Shown: positions 45,767-56,267 of the stretch, piece after piece
Layout of the letters: each line of letters starts with the position of its first letter
How positions within the stretch are numbered: position 1 is the first letter of the stretch
Assembly (NCBI GenBank): GCA_020351835.1
Contig: CP070669.1
Span: 1,157,682 to 1,220,526 of the forward strand
Source of the DNA: Nitrospirota bacterium
GTDB lineage: Bacteria; Nitrospirota; Thermodesulfovibrionia; Thermodesulfovibrionales; BMS3Bbin05
Length of the DNA stretch: 62,845 nucleotides
Direction of reading: 5' to 3'
The notes under the pieces: model-generated
What the model was told of the DNA's origin: nothing
The model's input: the letters and a program-made list of their open reading frames with translations, nothing else
Database searches by the model: none
Program-made: the position numbers and the translations under genes

Positions 45767-46626
45767 AGACGAGCAAAAATGTGGAGATGACCATGAACCG
45801 GTCGGATGATATCGTTGAAAGGATCGTTCCCGGACATGTGCCCCTGGTATCATATTTAGAACATATTGAAAGATACCTCTTTGCAGCAAAGCTTACAAAG
45901 TCGAGCGAGAGAATAGTTGATATTGCTTGCGGAACGGGATATGGAAGTTATCTTCTGGCATGTTCTGTTAGAGGAGAGGTGACCGGTATAGATATATCGA
46001 GCGTAGCTATAGATCATGCAAACGAACAATACGCAGGGAACTTCTCCCCGAGGTTTATCAGGGCTGGTGCAGATGACATCCCACTGACGGATGGTTATGC
46101 TGATGCTGTGGTCTCATTTGAGACCATAGAGCATGTTGCTAATGCTGAAGATGTGCTCAGTGAGTTCAATAGAGTATTGATAGCTGGCGGGCTCATGTTG
46201 ATATCCTCACCAATATATCATGATAGCGGGGGCGCAGATAATCCTTTTCACCAAGTAGAATATGAGCCGGGCAAGCTGATGGATTTGCTTACCGGGGCTG
46301 GATTCGATATATCGGATGTCTATGGCCACATAAGGTTTTCCCAAGGTCCGGAGGCCGGCGAAGCAAAAATAGTGAACAGGCTTAGAAAGCGTCTAAGACC
46401 TTTAATGCCTTCATCGTTTATGGAACGTTTAACCGATCACAGAGTGGCCTGGCGGAAAGGGATCCCGTTCATTATCGCTACCAGGTATAGAAATGAGCCC
46501 ATGAGATTTCAGGAATGGCTAAAAGATAATACAACTAGGATTAGGTCGGATCTTTTCAGGATAGGCCAGAATGGGAGTTTTAGTGAGTTTGCTTATATCG
46601 TGTTAGTATGCAGCAAGAACAAATGA
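45763..46626 (+). CDS. Class I SAM-dependent methyltransferase
   Basis: Motif I is VDIACGTGYGSYLLA, and post-I/II is DAVVSFETIEHV. It has an ATGA overlap with the upstream GT. Confidence 0.85.
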   Translation: MKTSKNVEMTMNRSDDIVERIVPGHVPLVSYLEHIERYLFAAKLTKSSERIVDIACGTGYGSYLLACSVRGEVTGIDISSVAIDHANEQYAGNFSPRFIRAGADDIPLTDGYADAVVSFETIEHVANAEDVLSEFNRVLIAGGLMLISSPIYHDSGGADNPFHQVEYEPGKLMDLLTGAGFDISDVYGHIRFSQGPEAGEAKIVNRLRKRLRPLMPSSFMERLTDHRVAWRKGIPFIIATRYRNEPMRFQEWLKDNTTRIRSDLFRIGQNGSFSEFAYIVLVCSKNK

Positions 46627-47630
46627 TGAAGAACGGTGATGAAATATTGATCTGTCCAAAAGTTGCCATTGTTATTTTGAACTGGAATGGTGAAAGTGAT
46701 ACTATCGAGCTTTTAAGCGGCCTGCTCTCAGTTACATATCCTGCTTTGATGCTAATAGTGATCGATAATGCCTCCGAGGTTGTTTCAGTGGAAGTGCTGA
46801 CGGAATGGATCGAAGCCAACTGTAAGAAGGTCCGGCAGCATGAGGAAAAGGCTGTATTTGAGGCAGAGCATGAATATGGTCACGAAAGTATAGAGGTTAG
46901 GCTGATCAGATCATCGAGGAACCTCGGCTTTTGTGAGGGTAACAACCTGGGTATTGCCGAGGCTGTTCGGCTGGGAGCTGAATATGTGCTGTTGATGAAC
47001 AACGATACACTTGTTACGCCTGGATTCCTGGAACCTATGGTAAGCGCAGCTTCTGACAGGCTGGCAGGGCTTGTCGGAGGAATAATTACTTATTGTGATG
47101 ATAAAGAGAGGGTTTGGTGGGCAGGCGGAAAGTTCGATGCCTTTTTGAACACAGCACGACTCTATGATGGTGAAAAGATCACAGCCATTGGGGATAATGA
47201 GAGCTTCAGCACAGAGTGGATAAGCGGATGCATGATGATGATACCTTCAAGGATATATAAAGAGTTAGGCGGACTTCCGGCATACTATTTCATTTGGGGC
47301 GAGGAATGGGATTACTCGCTGATGATATCGAATGCGGGATACAGGTTGGTCGTCGCCACAGGATCGGTCATCTGTCATAAGGTTGGGCGGTCGCTTGGTA
47401 TAATGCAACCATTGAACTACTATTACGGTATACGAAATGGTCTCTATCTGCGAAAAAAATATCTTAGCCGGGCTCGATGGTTCTTCTGGTTTGCTTATTA
47501 CATGATGAACCGGACAATAAGGTACTTACACCTGATGCTGACCGGGAGGGTCGATCTCGTTCGTGCGGGGTGTTCCGCTATTACGGACTTCGTGCGGGGA
47601 AAAAGCGGTAAATGGGATGATCATGACTAA
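46608..47630 (+). CDS. Glycosyltransferase family 2
   Basis: VAIVILNWNGESDT, IVIDNAS, NLGFCEGNNLG and LLMNNDT are present. Confidence 0.85.
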   Translation: MQQEQMMKNGDEILICPKVAIVILNWNGESDTIELLSGLLSVTYPALMLIVIDNASEVVSVEVLTEWIEANCKKVRQHEEKAVFEAEHEYGHESIEVRLIRSSRNLGFCEGNNLGIAEAVRLGAEYVLLMNNDTLVTPGFLEPMVSAASDRLAGLVGGIITYCDDKERVWWAGGKFDAFLNTARLYDGEKITAIGDNESFSTEWISGCMMMIPSRIYKELGGLPAYYFIWGEEWDYSLMISNAGYRLVVATGSVICHKVGRSLGIMQPLNYYYGIRNGLYLRKKYLSRARWFFWFAYYMMNRTIRYLHLMLTGRVDLVRAGCSAITDFVRGKSGKWDDHD

Positions 47631-48966
47631 CGACAGTTCATTTGAAAGTAAAGAAGGGCGTATAGATGCCATACCTGCTCTAATTCTATTACTGCTTCCT
47701 TTGCTCTTTCTGCCTGATCTTGGGTTAAACGTCAACACCGCACTTGGCACACTGAAAATATCCGACTTCATAATTGTGCCCCTTACTCTTCTTATGTTCG
47801 TCACACCACGCAGGGAAGATGGGATAGATCGCAATATGTCCGGGATATCCCGGTTAATGATCATATTCTCGTGGTGGGCCTTGATCGTGACCCTGTTGTT
47901 CCCGATGAGATATAACTATTCTTCGAACACTGAACTTTACTTCAGTATTTTAAAGCTTGCGAAGCTCCTTCTCTATGGGATGTTCGGGATATTTATTGCT
48001 TCAATATTAAAGAGTGATAAAGAGTGGAACTGGTTCAACTGGAGCATCGTTGTGTCTGGATTCCTTGCAGGCTTGAACCTCATAGCGTTCAGGCTTCATT
48101 TAGTAAGGCCTGATAGTATCGTGGCACTTAATGAGCAGGTCTATACAGGTAACCTTGTCAGCGTAATGCTCGCAATTATTGCAAGTTATGTGCTGGCCCT
48201 CCTTCTGCAGAAGCATGGAAGTCATCGATGGCGTTTAGCTGCTACGACTGCCCTGGTCATAATGGCCTTTGGCATGTTCGTATCGGGGGGAAGAGGAGGA
48301 TGGCTTGCCATGCTTGCAAGCCTGTTGTACATATCTCTTAGGCAAAAGCGGCGGTATGCCGTTATAGTCGCTATTGTTAGTCTCGGACTTATCATATTCT
48401 CATATTCAAATCTTGAGGTCTTCAGGGAGGATATTAACAGGACTATATGGTTTGAACCTGGATATCATACCGGGATACCGGGCCAAGGGACTGGCTTGAT
48501 GGGCATTGATGATGGAAGCCGGTTGTGGTGGTGGAAAAATGAGGGGTCTAAGATACTGGATGACCCTATCGTAGGAAGAGGGTTTTTTCACAGGGGCGGG
48601 CTCTCAGGATTGCGATGGGAGGGGAGCCACAATTTTTTCGTTCAGATGTTCCTCGAAACGGGCATATTCGGGGGATCAATCGTAATGATCATTTTATTAA
48701 TTATGTGGAGGCAGTCAGGGAAAAGCGGTTTAGGGGCAGGCGGTGTTGAACTTCCTGTAAAGGCAGGACTGATAGCTGCGATGATAGGCGGGATGAGCGG
48801 GGAATATTTTTATGGAGGGATGGGATTGTTGACCTTGATGCTTGTATATGCTGCCGTCGGGCGTTTGCCTCTGGAGCCGGAAAAATCGACCGAGGTGTCC
48901 AGGGATACAATTAACGAAGGATCATATGGCCATGATAGCGCCAACGAGGGATGCGTGATACAATGA
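47617..48966 (+). CDS. Second O-antigen ligase/polymerase-family (Wzy-like) membrane protein
   Basis: It is polytopic, with about 10 TM helices and SGGRGGWLAM...SHNFFVQMFLETGIFGG. The probable start is ATG 47617 or 47623 rather than 47563. Confidence 0.7.
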   Translation: MIMTNDSSFESKEGRIDAIPALILLLLPLLFLPDLGLNVNTALGTLKISDFIIVPLTLLMFVTPRREDGIDRNMSGISRLMIIFSWWALIVTLLFPMRYNYSSNTELYFSILKLAKLLLYGMFGIFIASILKSDKEWNWFNWSIVVSGFLAGLNLIAFRLHLVRPDSIVALNEQVYTGNLVSVMLAIIASYVLALLLQKHGSHRWRLAATTALVIMAFGMFVSGGRGGWLAMLASLLYISLRQKRRYAVIVAIVSLGLIIFSYSNLEVFREDINRTIWFEPGYHTGIPGQGTGLMGIDDGSRLWWWKNEGSKILDDPIVGRGFFHRGGLSGLRWEGSHNFFVQMFLETGIFGGSIVMIILLIMWRQSGKSGLGAGGVELPVKAGLIAAMIGGMSGEYFYGGMGLLTLMLVYAAVGRLPLEPEKSTEVSRDTINEGSYGHDSANEGCVIQ

Positions 48967-49865
48967 ATACCGGCCCCCTTGTGTCTGTAATAATGCCTGC
49001 TTACAATACCGCTGGCTCGATCAGGTTTGCACTGGCGTCTCTTTTCTCTCAGACATATTCGAACTGGGAATGTATTATTTCCGATGATGGATCGGATGAC
49101 GGTACATCAGAGATTATTTACAGTGCATCAGCAGTGGATAAGAGGATCAGGATAACACGATCAGATAGCAACAGAGGAAGGGGATGGGCAAGGCAGGCCG
49201 CACTGGATATCGCACAGGGACAGTATCTCGCAATGCTCGATGCTGATGACTGGTGGTATCCTGATAAACTTGAACTGCAACTCGATGTTATGGTCAATGA
49301 CGGGAGCATAGCCCTGGTAAGCAGCGGAATGGCCATTGTCGATGTCCATCAAAGTCTGATCGGCATAAGGAAGGTCTCAACAGATCTAAGGGGAGTCGTT
49401 AAATATGGTCCTGCAGGGCTCGGCTTCACATCGGTGCCGCATGCGCCTTCACTGATAAACATGGAAATAGCCAGGCGAGCTGGATATGACATATCGCTTA
49501 GGAGGGCGGAGGATATGGATTTCATGCTAAGAATACTAATGAATAACAGATATGCTGTAATACCGGGAGTGCATTACGCCTATTGCGAAATGAGCGGAAT
49601 TGACATTCGAGATATATTGTTATCCCACGCTAACGTCCGAAGGTTCGTAGTGAAATATTTGAGAGCTCATCCCCTTATAAGTATAAGTATGATAATCAAG
49701 ACCTATCTAAGGTCCGCTTATTACTGGACCGGGGATCGCTTAGGACTCATGCAGAATATCATAAGGAGCAGATCAAAGGCCCCCTCCGATAAAGAGATAG
49801 ATCAATACCAGAATGCTTATGAAACGGTATCCGGCGTGTATTCCGAGGTATATGTCGATCTGTGA
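48963..49865 (+). CDS. Glycosyltransferase family 2
   Basis: VSVIMPAYNTAGSIRFALASLFSQTY, ISDDGSDDGT and LDADDWW are present. It has an ATGA overlap with the upstream stop. Confidence 0.85.
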   Translation: MNTGPLVSVIMPAYNTAGSIRFALASLFSQTYSNWECIISDDGSDDGTSEIIYSASAVDKRIRITRSDSNRGRGWARQAALDIAQGQYLAMLDADDWWYPDKLELQLDVMVNDGSIALVSSGMAIVDVHQSLIGIRKVSTDLRGVVKYGPAGLGFTSVPHAPSLINMEIARRAGYDISLRRAEDMDFMLRILMNNRYAVIPGVHYAYCEMSGIDIRDILLSHANVRRFVVKYLRAHPLISISMIIKTYLRSAYYWTGDRLGLMQNIIRSRSKAPSDKEIDQYQNAYETVSGVYSEVYVDL

Positions 49866-51058
49866 ATGACAATATGGATAATAGAGTAAAGATAGTTCAT
49901 ATAACGCCTGCAGCAATGAGCCTCGAGGTTCTTCTTAAGGACAGGTTCGCTCGTCTTTCAGATCTTGGTTATGAGAGCATTGGTTACAGTGGATCAGATC
50001 AATATTCAGGGTCCTTCAGGAGCTCCGGATTTGAGTTCATTGAAAGCAGGCACTTGACAAGAAGATCTGGCCTGTTGTCTGACCTTAAGTTCTTCATGGA
50101 ATGCATACGGGTCTTAAGGAGCAAGAGGCCCTCCATAGTAAACACTTACGGTCCCAAGCCCGGGCTATACGGAAGGATAGCGTCAAAGCTGGCAGGCATT
50201 CCGGTCACCGTCCATACCTCGTGGGGGTTTTTCTATGAGGACGATGCCCCCTTATTAAAGAGATTGCCGATAGTCATACTTGAAGTCATATTGTCTTTTT
50301 TCTGCGATCATATCTTTTCGGAGAACATGGATGATCTTATGGTTTTGCGAAAATGGGGAATTGGTGAGAAGAAGGCAAGTTATCTTGGTAATGGAACGGA
50401 CGTAAATAACATGTTCGATCCGGATAAGTATTCGGAAGTTTACGTGCAGAACCTTAAGGAGGAACTCGGTATTAAGGGAGATGCTATTGTGATCAGCATG
50501 ATAGGTCGATTGACGGCGCAAAAGGGCTACAGAGAGTTCTTTTATGCCGCCGATCACTTCGGGCGGGCAGACGGTAAATATGAGTTCGTCGTTATCGGGC
50601 CGATGGATAGCACTAAAGGGGACGGGATCACTGAAGAGGAGATCGCGAGCCTGGAAAGGAACGGGACAATAAGGTATCTGGGAAGCAGGGACCATAGTGA
50701 GATGCCGGGATTGCTGTCTTTAGCTGATATCGTAGTATTGCCCTCGTACAGGGAAGGTTTCCCTCGCTCGCTGATCGAAGCCGCATCAATGGGAAAGCCA
50801 TTGGTAGCGTCTCGCATAAGAGGGTGCCGCGAGGCGGTAGATGACGGATATAACGGTATACTGGTCCCTGCAAAGGACCCTGAAGCTCTTGTTGATGCGA
50901 TAGGTGACCTGCTGAGGAACCCGGGGAAAAGAGAGAGATTGGCAACGGCGAGCAGGGAAAAGGCAATAAATGAATTCGATGAAGTTGATGTGGTATCAAG
51001 AATGGATGAGATCTATAGAAGGTTATTAGCAAATAGAAGCAGGAGGTCAGGCACTTAG
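49862..51058 (+). CDS. Glycosyltransferase family 4 (GT-B)
   Basis: PSYREGFPRSLIEAASMGKPLVASRIRGCREAVDDGYNGILV (EX7E region) is present. Confidence 0.85.
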   Translation: MNDNMDNRVKIVHITPAAMSLEVLLKDRFARLSDLGYESIGYSGSDQYSGSFRSSGFEFIESRHLTRRSGLLSDLKFFMECIRVLRSKRPSIVNTYGPKPGLYGRIASKLAGIPVTVHTSWGFFYEDDAPLLKRLPIVILEVILSFFCDHIFSENMDDLMVLRKWGIGEKKASYLGNGTDVNNMFDPDKYSEVYVQNLKEELGIKGDAIVISMIGRLTAQKGYREFFYAADHFGRADGKYEFVVIGPMDSTKGDGITEEEIASLERNGTIRYLGSRDHSEMPGLLSLADIVVLPSYREGFPRSLIEAASMGKPLVASRIRGCREAVDDGYNGILVPAKDPEALVDAIGDLLRNPGKRERLATASREKAINEFDEVDVVSRMDEIYRRLLANRSRRSGT

Positions 51059-51666
51059 TGAAATGTAAGAGACTGTTCGATATCACTGTTTCATCTTTTT
51101 TGGCAGTTATACTTTCTCCGCTGTTACTTTTAATAGCAGCGATAGTTTATTTTGATCTCGGCCCGCCGATCATATTTACTCAGGTTCGACCAGGAAGGAA
51201 CGGGGTTCCTTTCAGAATATATAAGTTCAGGACAATGAACGAAGAGATAGACGATGATGGCGTTCTTTTGAACGACGTCAAAAGGATCAGCAAGATAGGC
51301 CGGTTCATGCGTAGCACGAGCCTTGATGAGCTTCCTGAACTATTTAATGTCATCAAAGGTGATATGTCTATTGTGGGGCCTCGCCCGTTGCTAATGGAGT
51401 ATCTGCCTCTTTATTCAAATGAGCAGGCCCGCCGTCATGAGGTAAGGCCGGGTATAACAGGATGGGCCCAGGTTAACGGCCGTAATGCCATTAGCTGGGA
51501 GGACAAGTTCAGACTGGATGTTTGGTATATAGATAACAGGTCATTCTGGCTTGATCTGAAGATTTTATTTATCACGTTTGTTAAAGTAGTTATAAGGGAA
51601 GGGATATCCCAAGATCGTGATACGACAATGACAAGGTTCGAAGGTGTGGAGAAAGACAATGAGTGA
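51058..51666 (+). CDS. Small monotopic phosphoglycosyl transferase (bacterial sugar transferase, PglC/WbaP C-domain type)
   Basis: KRLFDITVSSFLAVILSPLLLL, IFTQVRPGRNGVPFRIYKFRTM and DELPELFNVIKGDMSIVGPRP are present. Confidence 0.9.
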   Translation: MKCKRLFDITVSSFLAVILSPLLLLIAAIVYFDLGPPIIFTQVRPGRNGVPFRIYKFRTMNEEIDDDGVLLNDVKRISKIGRFMRSTSLDELPELFNVIKGDMSIVGPRPLLMEYLPLYSNEQARRHEVRPGITGWAQVNGRNAISWEDKFRLDVWYIDNRSFWLDLKILFITFVKVVIREGISQDRDTTMTRFEGVEKDNE

Positions 51667-52057
51667 AAGATTTGAGGATTGGAGCTATCCTGAGATAAGG
51701 GATGGGGAGATGACCGACTACCACTGGGTGGTCAAGAACAGAGATGGTTTTGTAATGGGGGAGAGGACGGATATAGGGGCATTTACCTATATAAACGCCC
51801 TGTATGGAGTAGAGATCGGTGACAACGTTCAGATCGGGTCCCATTGTGCTATCTATTCCATATCTACTATTGACGATAAGAAGGGCAAGGTAAATTTGAA
51901 GAAGAACTGCAGGATAGGAAGCCACAGCGTTATTATGCCGGGAGTGACGGTTGGAGAGAATTCTGTCGTAGGTGCTTTCAGTTTTGTTAACAAGGATATC
52001 CCTGACAATGTAAAGGCGTATGGGGTCCCTGTCAGGGTTGTCAAAGATAAGGACTGA
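51659..52057 (+). CDS. Left-handed beta-helix (hexapeptide-repeat) acetyltransferase
   Basis: The hexapeptide pattern is IGDNVQIGSHCAI...CRIGSHSVIMPGVTVGENSVVGAFS. At 132 aa it is short compared with PglD. Confidence 0.7.
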   Translation: MSERFEDWSYPEIRDGEMTDYHWVVKNRDGFVMGERTDIGAFTYINALYGVEIGDNVQIGSHCAIYSISTIDDKKGKVNLKKNCRIGSHSVIMPGVTVGENSVVGAFSFVNKDIPDNVKAYGVPVRVVKDKD

Positions 52058-52084
52058 ATAAATTTATAGCGAAAGGTCTCTGTA

Positions 52085-53236
52085 GTGGCAAAACCTGATA
52101 AGAGGATCTATCTTTCCCCTCCTCATCTGGGCGTTGATGAGAGACATTATTTAGAAGAAGCATTACAGAGTAACTATATTGCCCCGCTTGGCCCACAGGT
52201 AGATGCCTTCGAGAATGAGTTCGCTGAGACCGTAGGGGTGAGATACGCAGCCGCTCTATCGAGCGGGACCGCGGCCGTTCATCTGGCCCTGCGCATTGCC
52301 GGCGTAACAACCGGTGATGAGGTCATATCTCAGACACTTACTTTCGTCGGTGGTGTAAATCCTATCAAATATCTTGGCGCATCTCCTGTATTTATAGACT
52401 CCGAGAGATCGTCATGGAACATGGATCCTGATCTACTGGCCGATTATCTCATGTCTTCATCAAAGACAGGCAGGTTGCCCAAGGCCGTCATCTCCACGGA
52501 TATCTACGGCCAGTGTGCCGACCTTGACCGGATCTTAGGGATTTGCGATCAATATGAGGTCCCGGTGATATCTGATTCAGCTGAGGCACTTGGAGCGTTA
52601 TATAAAGGAAGGCATGCGGGGGTCGGTGCGAAGGCATCGGTATATTCTTTTAATGGGAACAAGATCCTGACGACATCCGGCGGCGGCATGCTGGTATCAG
52701 ATGATAAAGAGCTGATAGACAAGGCCAGGTTCCTGTCCCAACAAGCCCGCGATCCAGCCCTGTATTATGAGCATTCCGAGGTGGGATTCAACTACAGGAT
52801 GAGCAATGTGCTGGCTGCTATCGGGAGAGGCCAGCTTAAGGTGCTTAATGACCGGGTTTCAAGAAAGAGAGAGATCTTTGAGGAGTACAGGGCCGCATTA
52901 TCAGGTATGCCGGGAGTGGAGTTCATGCCTGAGGCATCATACGGAACCTCCACGAGATGGTTGACCGTACTCTTAATAGAAGAGGATAAGTTCGGCGCCG
53001 GGCCTCTTGAAATAGTTGAAAAGCTTGAGCAGTCCAATATTGAAGCGAGGCCTGTCTGGAAACCGATGCACCTGCAACCGCTTTATAAAGAGAATCATAT
53101 TGTAGGGGGCCGGGTCTCAGAGGATCTTTTCAATAGAGGCATTTGCCTCCCGTCAGGAACTGCAATGACAAGTGTCGATATCAAACGGGTCATTGATGCG
53201 ATAATAAAGATGCATAAGGATAACATTAATGGCTAG
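52085..53236 (+). CDS. DegT/DnrJ/EryC1/StrS-family sugar aminotransferase (PglE-like)
   Basis: IYLSPPHLG, ALSSGTAAVHLAL and the PLP-lysine context YSFNGNKILTTSGGGM are present. The start is GTG. Confidence 0.9.
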   Translation: MAKPDKRIYLSPPHLGVDERHYLEEALQSNYIAPLGPQVDAFENEFAETVGVRYAAALSSGTAAVHLALRIAGVTTGDEVISQTLTFVGGVNPIKYLGASPVFIDSERSSWNMDPDLLADYLMSSSKTGRLPKAVISTDIYGQCADLDRILGICDQYEVPVISDSAEALGALYKGRHAGVGAKASVYSFNGNKILTTSGGGMLVSDDKELIDKARFLSQQARDPALYYEHSEVGFNYRMSNVLAAIGRGQLKVLNDRVSRKREIFEEYRAALSGMPGVEFMPEASYGTSTRWLTVLLIEEDKFGAGPLEIVEKLEQSNIEARPVWKPMHLQPLYKENHIVGGRVSEDLFNRGICLPSGTAMTSVDIKRVIDAIIKMHKDNING

Positions 53237-55118
53237 AGTTGTTGATATCAGTGGTTCAGTCAGGTCCGGTATCCTGAGGAACAGGCATATTATCTTCATA
53301 ATAATATTCGTATTTCAGGTCGTCGTATCGAATTACCTTGCATTTCTTCTGAGGTTCGATTTTCTTCTGTCAGAACTGTATCTGTATGTGTTCACTTTAT
53401 ATCTTCCCCTGCTCATATTCGTCAGACTGCTGTCTTATCTGATCTTTGGTCTGCACAGGGGGGTCTGGCGCTATGCAGGGATTAAGGACCTGAGCAACAT
53501 AATACTTTCTGTAACTGTCGGGAGTATCTTTTTCGTAATGGTAGTAAGGATCATCTTCGGTGATACAAGTTATCCGAGATCGGTATATTTCATAGACTGG
53601 CTTTTGCTGATCATTCTGTCCGGAGGGGGAAGGATGGCTGTAAGGGTATTCAGGGAGTATGTTTATGCCGAATCCAAGGGAAAGGCGGTTCTGCTTATCG
53701 GAGCAGGGGATGCCGGGGAGATGATTGTAAGGGACATGAGAAGCAATCCTGATAATCCTTATAACCCGGTCGGTTTCATAGATGATGATAAGTTCAAGAA
53801 AGGCCTTTCTATTCATGGTGTGCCTATATATGGTCCAAGGGATATTATAAGCCAGGCGATAAAGGATACTGATCCGGATGAGATACTGATAGCAATTCCT
53901 TCTGCGAGCCACTCAACGATAAACGAGATATTCGAAAGTTGTAAGCAGTTTAATCTTCCGGTTAAGACGCTGCCCGGCTTGTCAGATATCCTTGACGGGA
54001 AAGTTACGGTTTCCCAGATAAGACCATTGTCCCTTGAGAACCTGTTGCAGCGCGAACCGATACGGACTGACATAAGATCAGTTAAGGATTATCTTAAGGA
54101 CAAGAAGGTCCTGGTGACCGGGGCTGGCGGGTCAATAGGCTCGGAGCTATGCCGGCAGATATTCAAGTACGGTCCCTCGTCCCTCATAATGTTGGACAGG
54201 TATGAGAACGGTCTTTTTGATATTGATATGGAATTGAACCGAAATAAAAGGGAAAATGCTACGTCTGTTAAGACATCAGCGGATATGGTAATCCATCCCA
54301 TCGTGGGTGACCTAAGGGACAAAGGGGCCCTTAGTATGATGTTCGGTGAGCACAGCCCTCAAATAGTGTTCCATGCGGCTGCACATAAACATGTACCTTT
54401 AATGGAAGCAAATCCGATCGAAGCTATAAAGAACAATGTGTTTGGAACGCGGAACCTGATAGACATAGTAAAAAAGAATAATGTAGAGAGCTTTGTTATG
54501 GTATCTACCGATAAGGCTGTTAACCCTGCGAACGTAATGGGAGCAACCAAGAGAATTGCTGAACTAATGACAATAACTAGCAATGAGGGATCAGTGACCA
54601 AGTTCAAGACCGTGAGGTTCGGGAATGTGCTGGGGAGCAATGGAAGCGTCGTAAATATATTTCAGGAACAGCTTGAGAGGGGAGGCCCGTTGACCGTTAC
54701 AGACCCTGAGATAAAAAGATATTTTATGCTGATACCCGAAGCTGTTCAGCTGGTATTAATAGCATCAGCTACCGGAGATGGTGGGGATGTATATGTTCTG
54801 GACATGGGGGAGCAGATAAGCATAAAAGAAATGGCCGAAAACCTGATCGCTCTTTCGGGTTTTATTCCGTATGAAGATATCGAAATTGACTACACAGGCC
54901 TAAGGCCGGGCGAGAAGCTATATGAAGAGCTCTTCGATGATACTGAAAAGATAGAAGGAACGTCACACTCAAAGCTTAAAAGGGCTGTGCCGGTTGAACT
55001 GCCGACGCGTGAAGAGCTTGAAGAGCATCTTGGAGCATTAGATAAGGCTATATCAAATGGTCAGATGAAAGATATAGATAAGGTCTTAAGAGAGATGGTC
55101 CGTAGCTACAAGAGATGA
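53229..55118 (+). CDS. Membrane-anchored UDP-sugar 4,6-dehydratase (CapD/PglF/WbpM family)
   Basis: It has four N-terminal TM helices, two Rossmann motifs (LLIGAGDAGE and VLVTGAGGSIGSEL) and MVSTDKAVNPANVMGATKR. Confidence 0.9.
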   Translation: MARVVDISGSVRSGILRNRHIIFIIIFVFQVVVSNYLAFLLRFDFLLSELYLYVFTLYLPLLIFVRLLSYLIFGLHRGVWRYAGIKDLSNIILSVTVGSIFFVMVVRIIFGDTSYPRSVYFIDWLLLIILSGGGRMAVRVFREYVYAESKGKAVLLIGAGDAGEMIVRDMRSNPDNPYNPVGFIDDDKFKKGLSIHGVPIYGPRDIISQAIKDTDPDEILIAIPSASHSTINEIFESCKQFNLPVKTLPGLSDILDGKVTVSQIRPLSLENLLQREPIRTDIRSVKDYLKDKKVLVTGAGGSIGSELCRQIFKYGPSSLIMLDRYENGLFDIDMELNRNKRENATSVKTSADMVIHPIVGDLRDKGALSMMFGEHSPQIVFHAAAHKHVPLMEANPIEAIKNNVFGTRNLIDIVKKNNVESFVMVSTDKAVNPANVMGATKRIAELMTITSNEGSVTKFKTVRFGNVLGSNGSVVNIFQEQLERGGPLTVTDPEIKRYFMLIPEAVQLVLIASATGDGGDVYVLDMGEQISIKEMAENLIALSGFIPYEDIEIDYTGLRPGEKLYEELFDDTEKIEGTSHSKLKRAVPVELPTREELEEHLGALDKAISNGQMKDIDKVLREMVRSYKR

Positions 55119-56248
55119 TGCTTAATACAAAAATCACATTGAATAAAGAGGAAGAGCTTATTTTCATGTTATTAAGTGGCAGGCACTCTGAAGCGCTTGA
55201 TCTGATAATGGAAGGAAATATCAATTGGGGTGAGCTATTAAGAAAGTCAGACATTGCCCAGGTCTCCCCCTTCATTTACAGGTCAGTAAAAGATAAGGGT
55301 GCTGTACCGCGTGACGTGGTCAAGAAGCTCGAAACCAGATACCTGGGATCGCTCAAAAGAAATATTCTTCATATGAAAGAGATAGAAACTGTATTAAAGG
55401 CATTTAATGAAGGAGGGATAGACTGTGTCCCACTGAAGGGTGCTGTCGCTTCTGAGGCCCTCTTCGGTGATGCAGGTGTTTATTCAGGCAGTGACATAGA
55501 CCTGTTGGTGAGGCCGCAGGCCCTGGGTCCGGCAAAAAAGGTTCTCGAGGACCTTGGCTTTAAGCAGTTGAGACCAGAGTTGGAGGAGCACTATCTGGCA
55601 GATCACTACCATTTGCCCGCGTATGTAAGGGATGAGTTCTCGATAGAGCTTCATTGGAACCTTACCCATATGTATCATAATAGCCTTCCGCTGTACTGGT
55701 GGGAAGATATACGCATGTCTGAACTTAACGGAATTACGTACTTTTCCTTGTCGCCGGAAAGGTATCTGATGTACTCTATTTTCAGGGTCTATTCTCACGG
55801 ATACAGGCCTCTGCGATTCCTGCTGCTTGTTTCAGGTATCCTGTCGGCATACCAAAAGGAACTCGAATGGAAAAGAATATTGTCTATGGCAAGGAGTCTT
55901 AAAATGAAGCGGGTGGTACGTTTTACGATCCATCTTGCAAGGGACCTGTTGGATGCGCCTGCTCCTGAGCATTTCATTGAGGATGGATTGTTCATGTACA
56001 AGGGTTTATGTAAAAAGGCCACTGAGGGGTTCTTTAATAAAGATATTTCTCATTCAAGGAACATGATAAAATATATGCTACTTCAGGATAATGTCTTTCT
56101 TTCGATCCTGAAAAGGCTGTTCCCGGGCATGGCAGAGATCCAATTGAGATACGGTATCCGGGGATCATTTACAAAGGCCTGCTTATATTATTTATTAAAT
56201 CCGGTCCTCTTAATTCTCGGCAAAAAAGGATTTGGAAGACATGCGTAG
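55115..56248 (+). CDS. Uncharacterised nucleotidyltransferase family protein (NTP_transf_5-like)
   Basis: VPLKGAVASEALFGDAGVYSGSDIDLLV... and ELHWNL fit the pattern of that family as I remember it. This was not verified by search. Confidence 0.55.
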   Translation: MMLNTKITLNKEEELIFMLLSGRHSEALDLIMEGNINWGELLRKSDIAQVSPFIYRSVKDKGAVPRDVVKKLETRYLGSLKRNILHMKEIETVLKAFNEGGIDCVPLKGAVASEALFGDAGVYSGSDIDLLVRPQALGPAKKVLEDLGFKQLRPELEEHYLADHYHLPAYVRDEFSIELHWNLTHMYHNSLPLYWWEDIRMSELNGITYFSLSPERYLMYSIFRVYSHGYRPLRFLLLVSGILSAYQKELEWKRILSMARSLKMKRVVRFTIHLARDLLDAPAPEHFIEDGLFMYKGLCKKATEGFFNKDISHSRNMIKYMLLQDNVFLSILKRLFPGMAEIQLRYGIRGSFTKACLYYLLNPVLLILGKKGFGRHA

Positions 56249-56267
56249 GAAATGATAGATTAATAGT

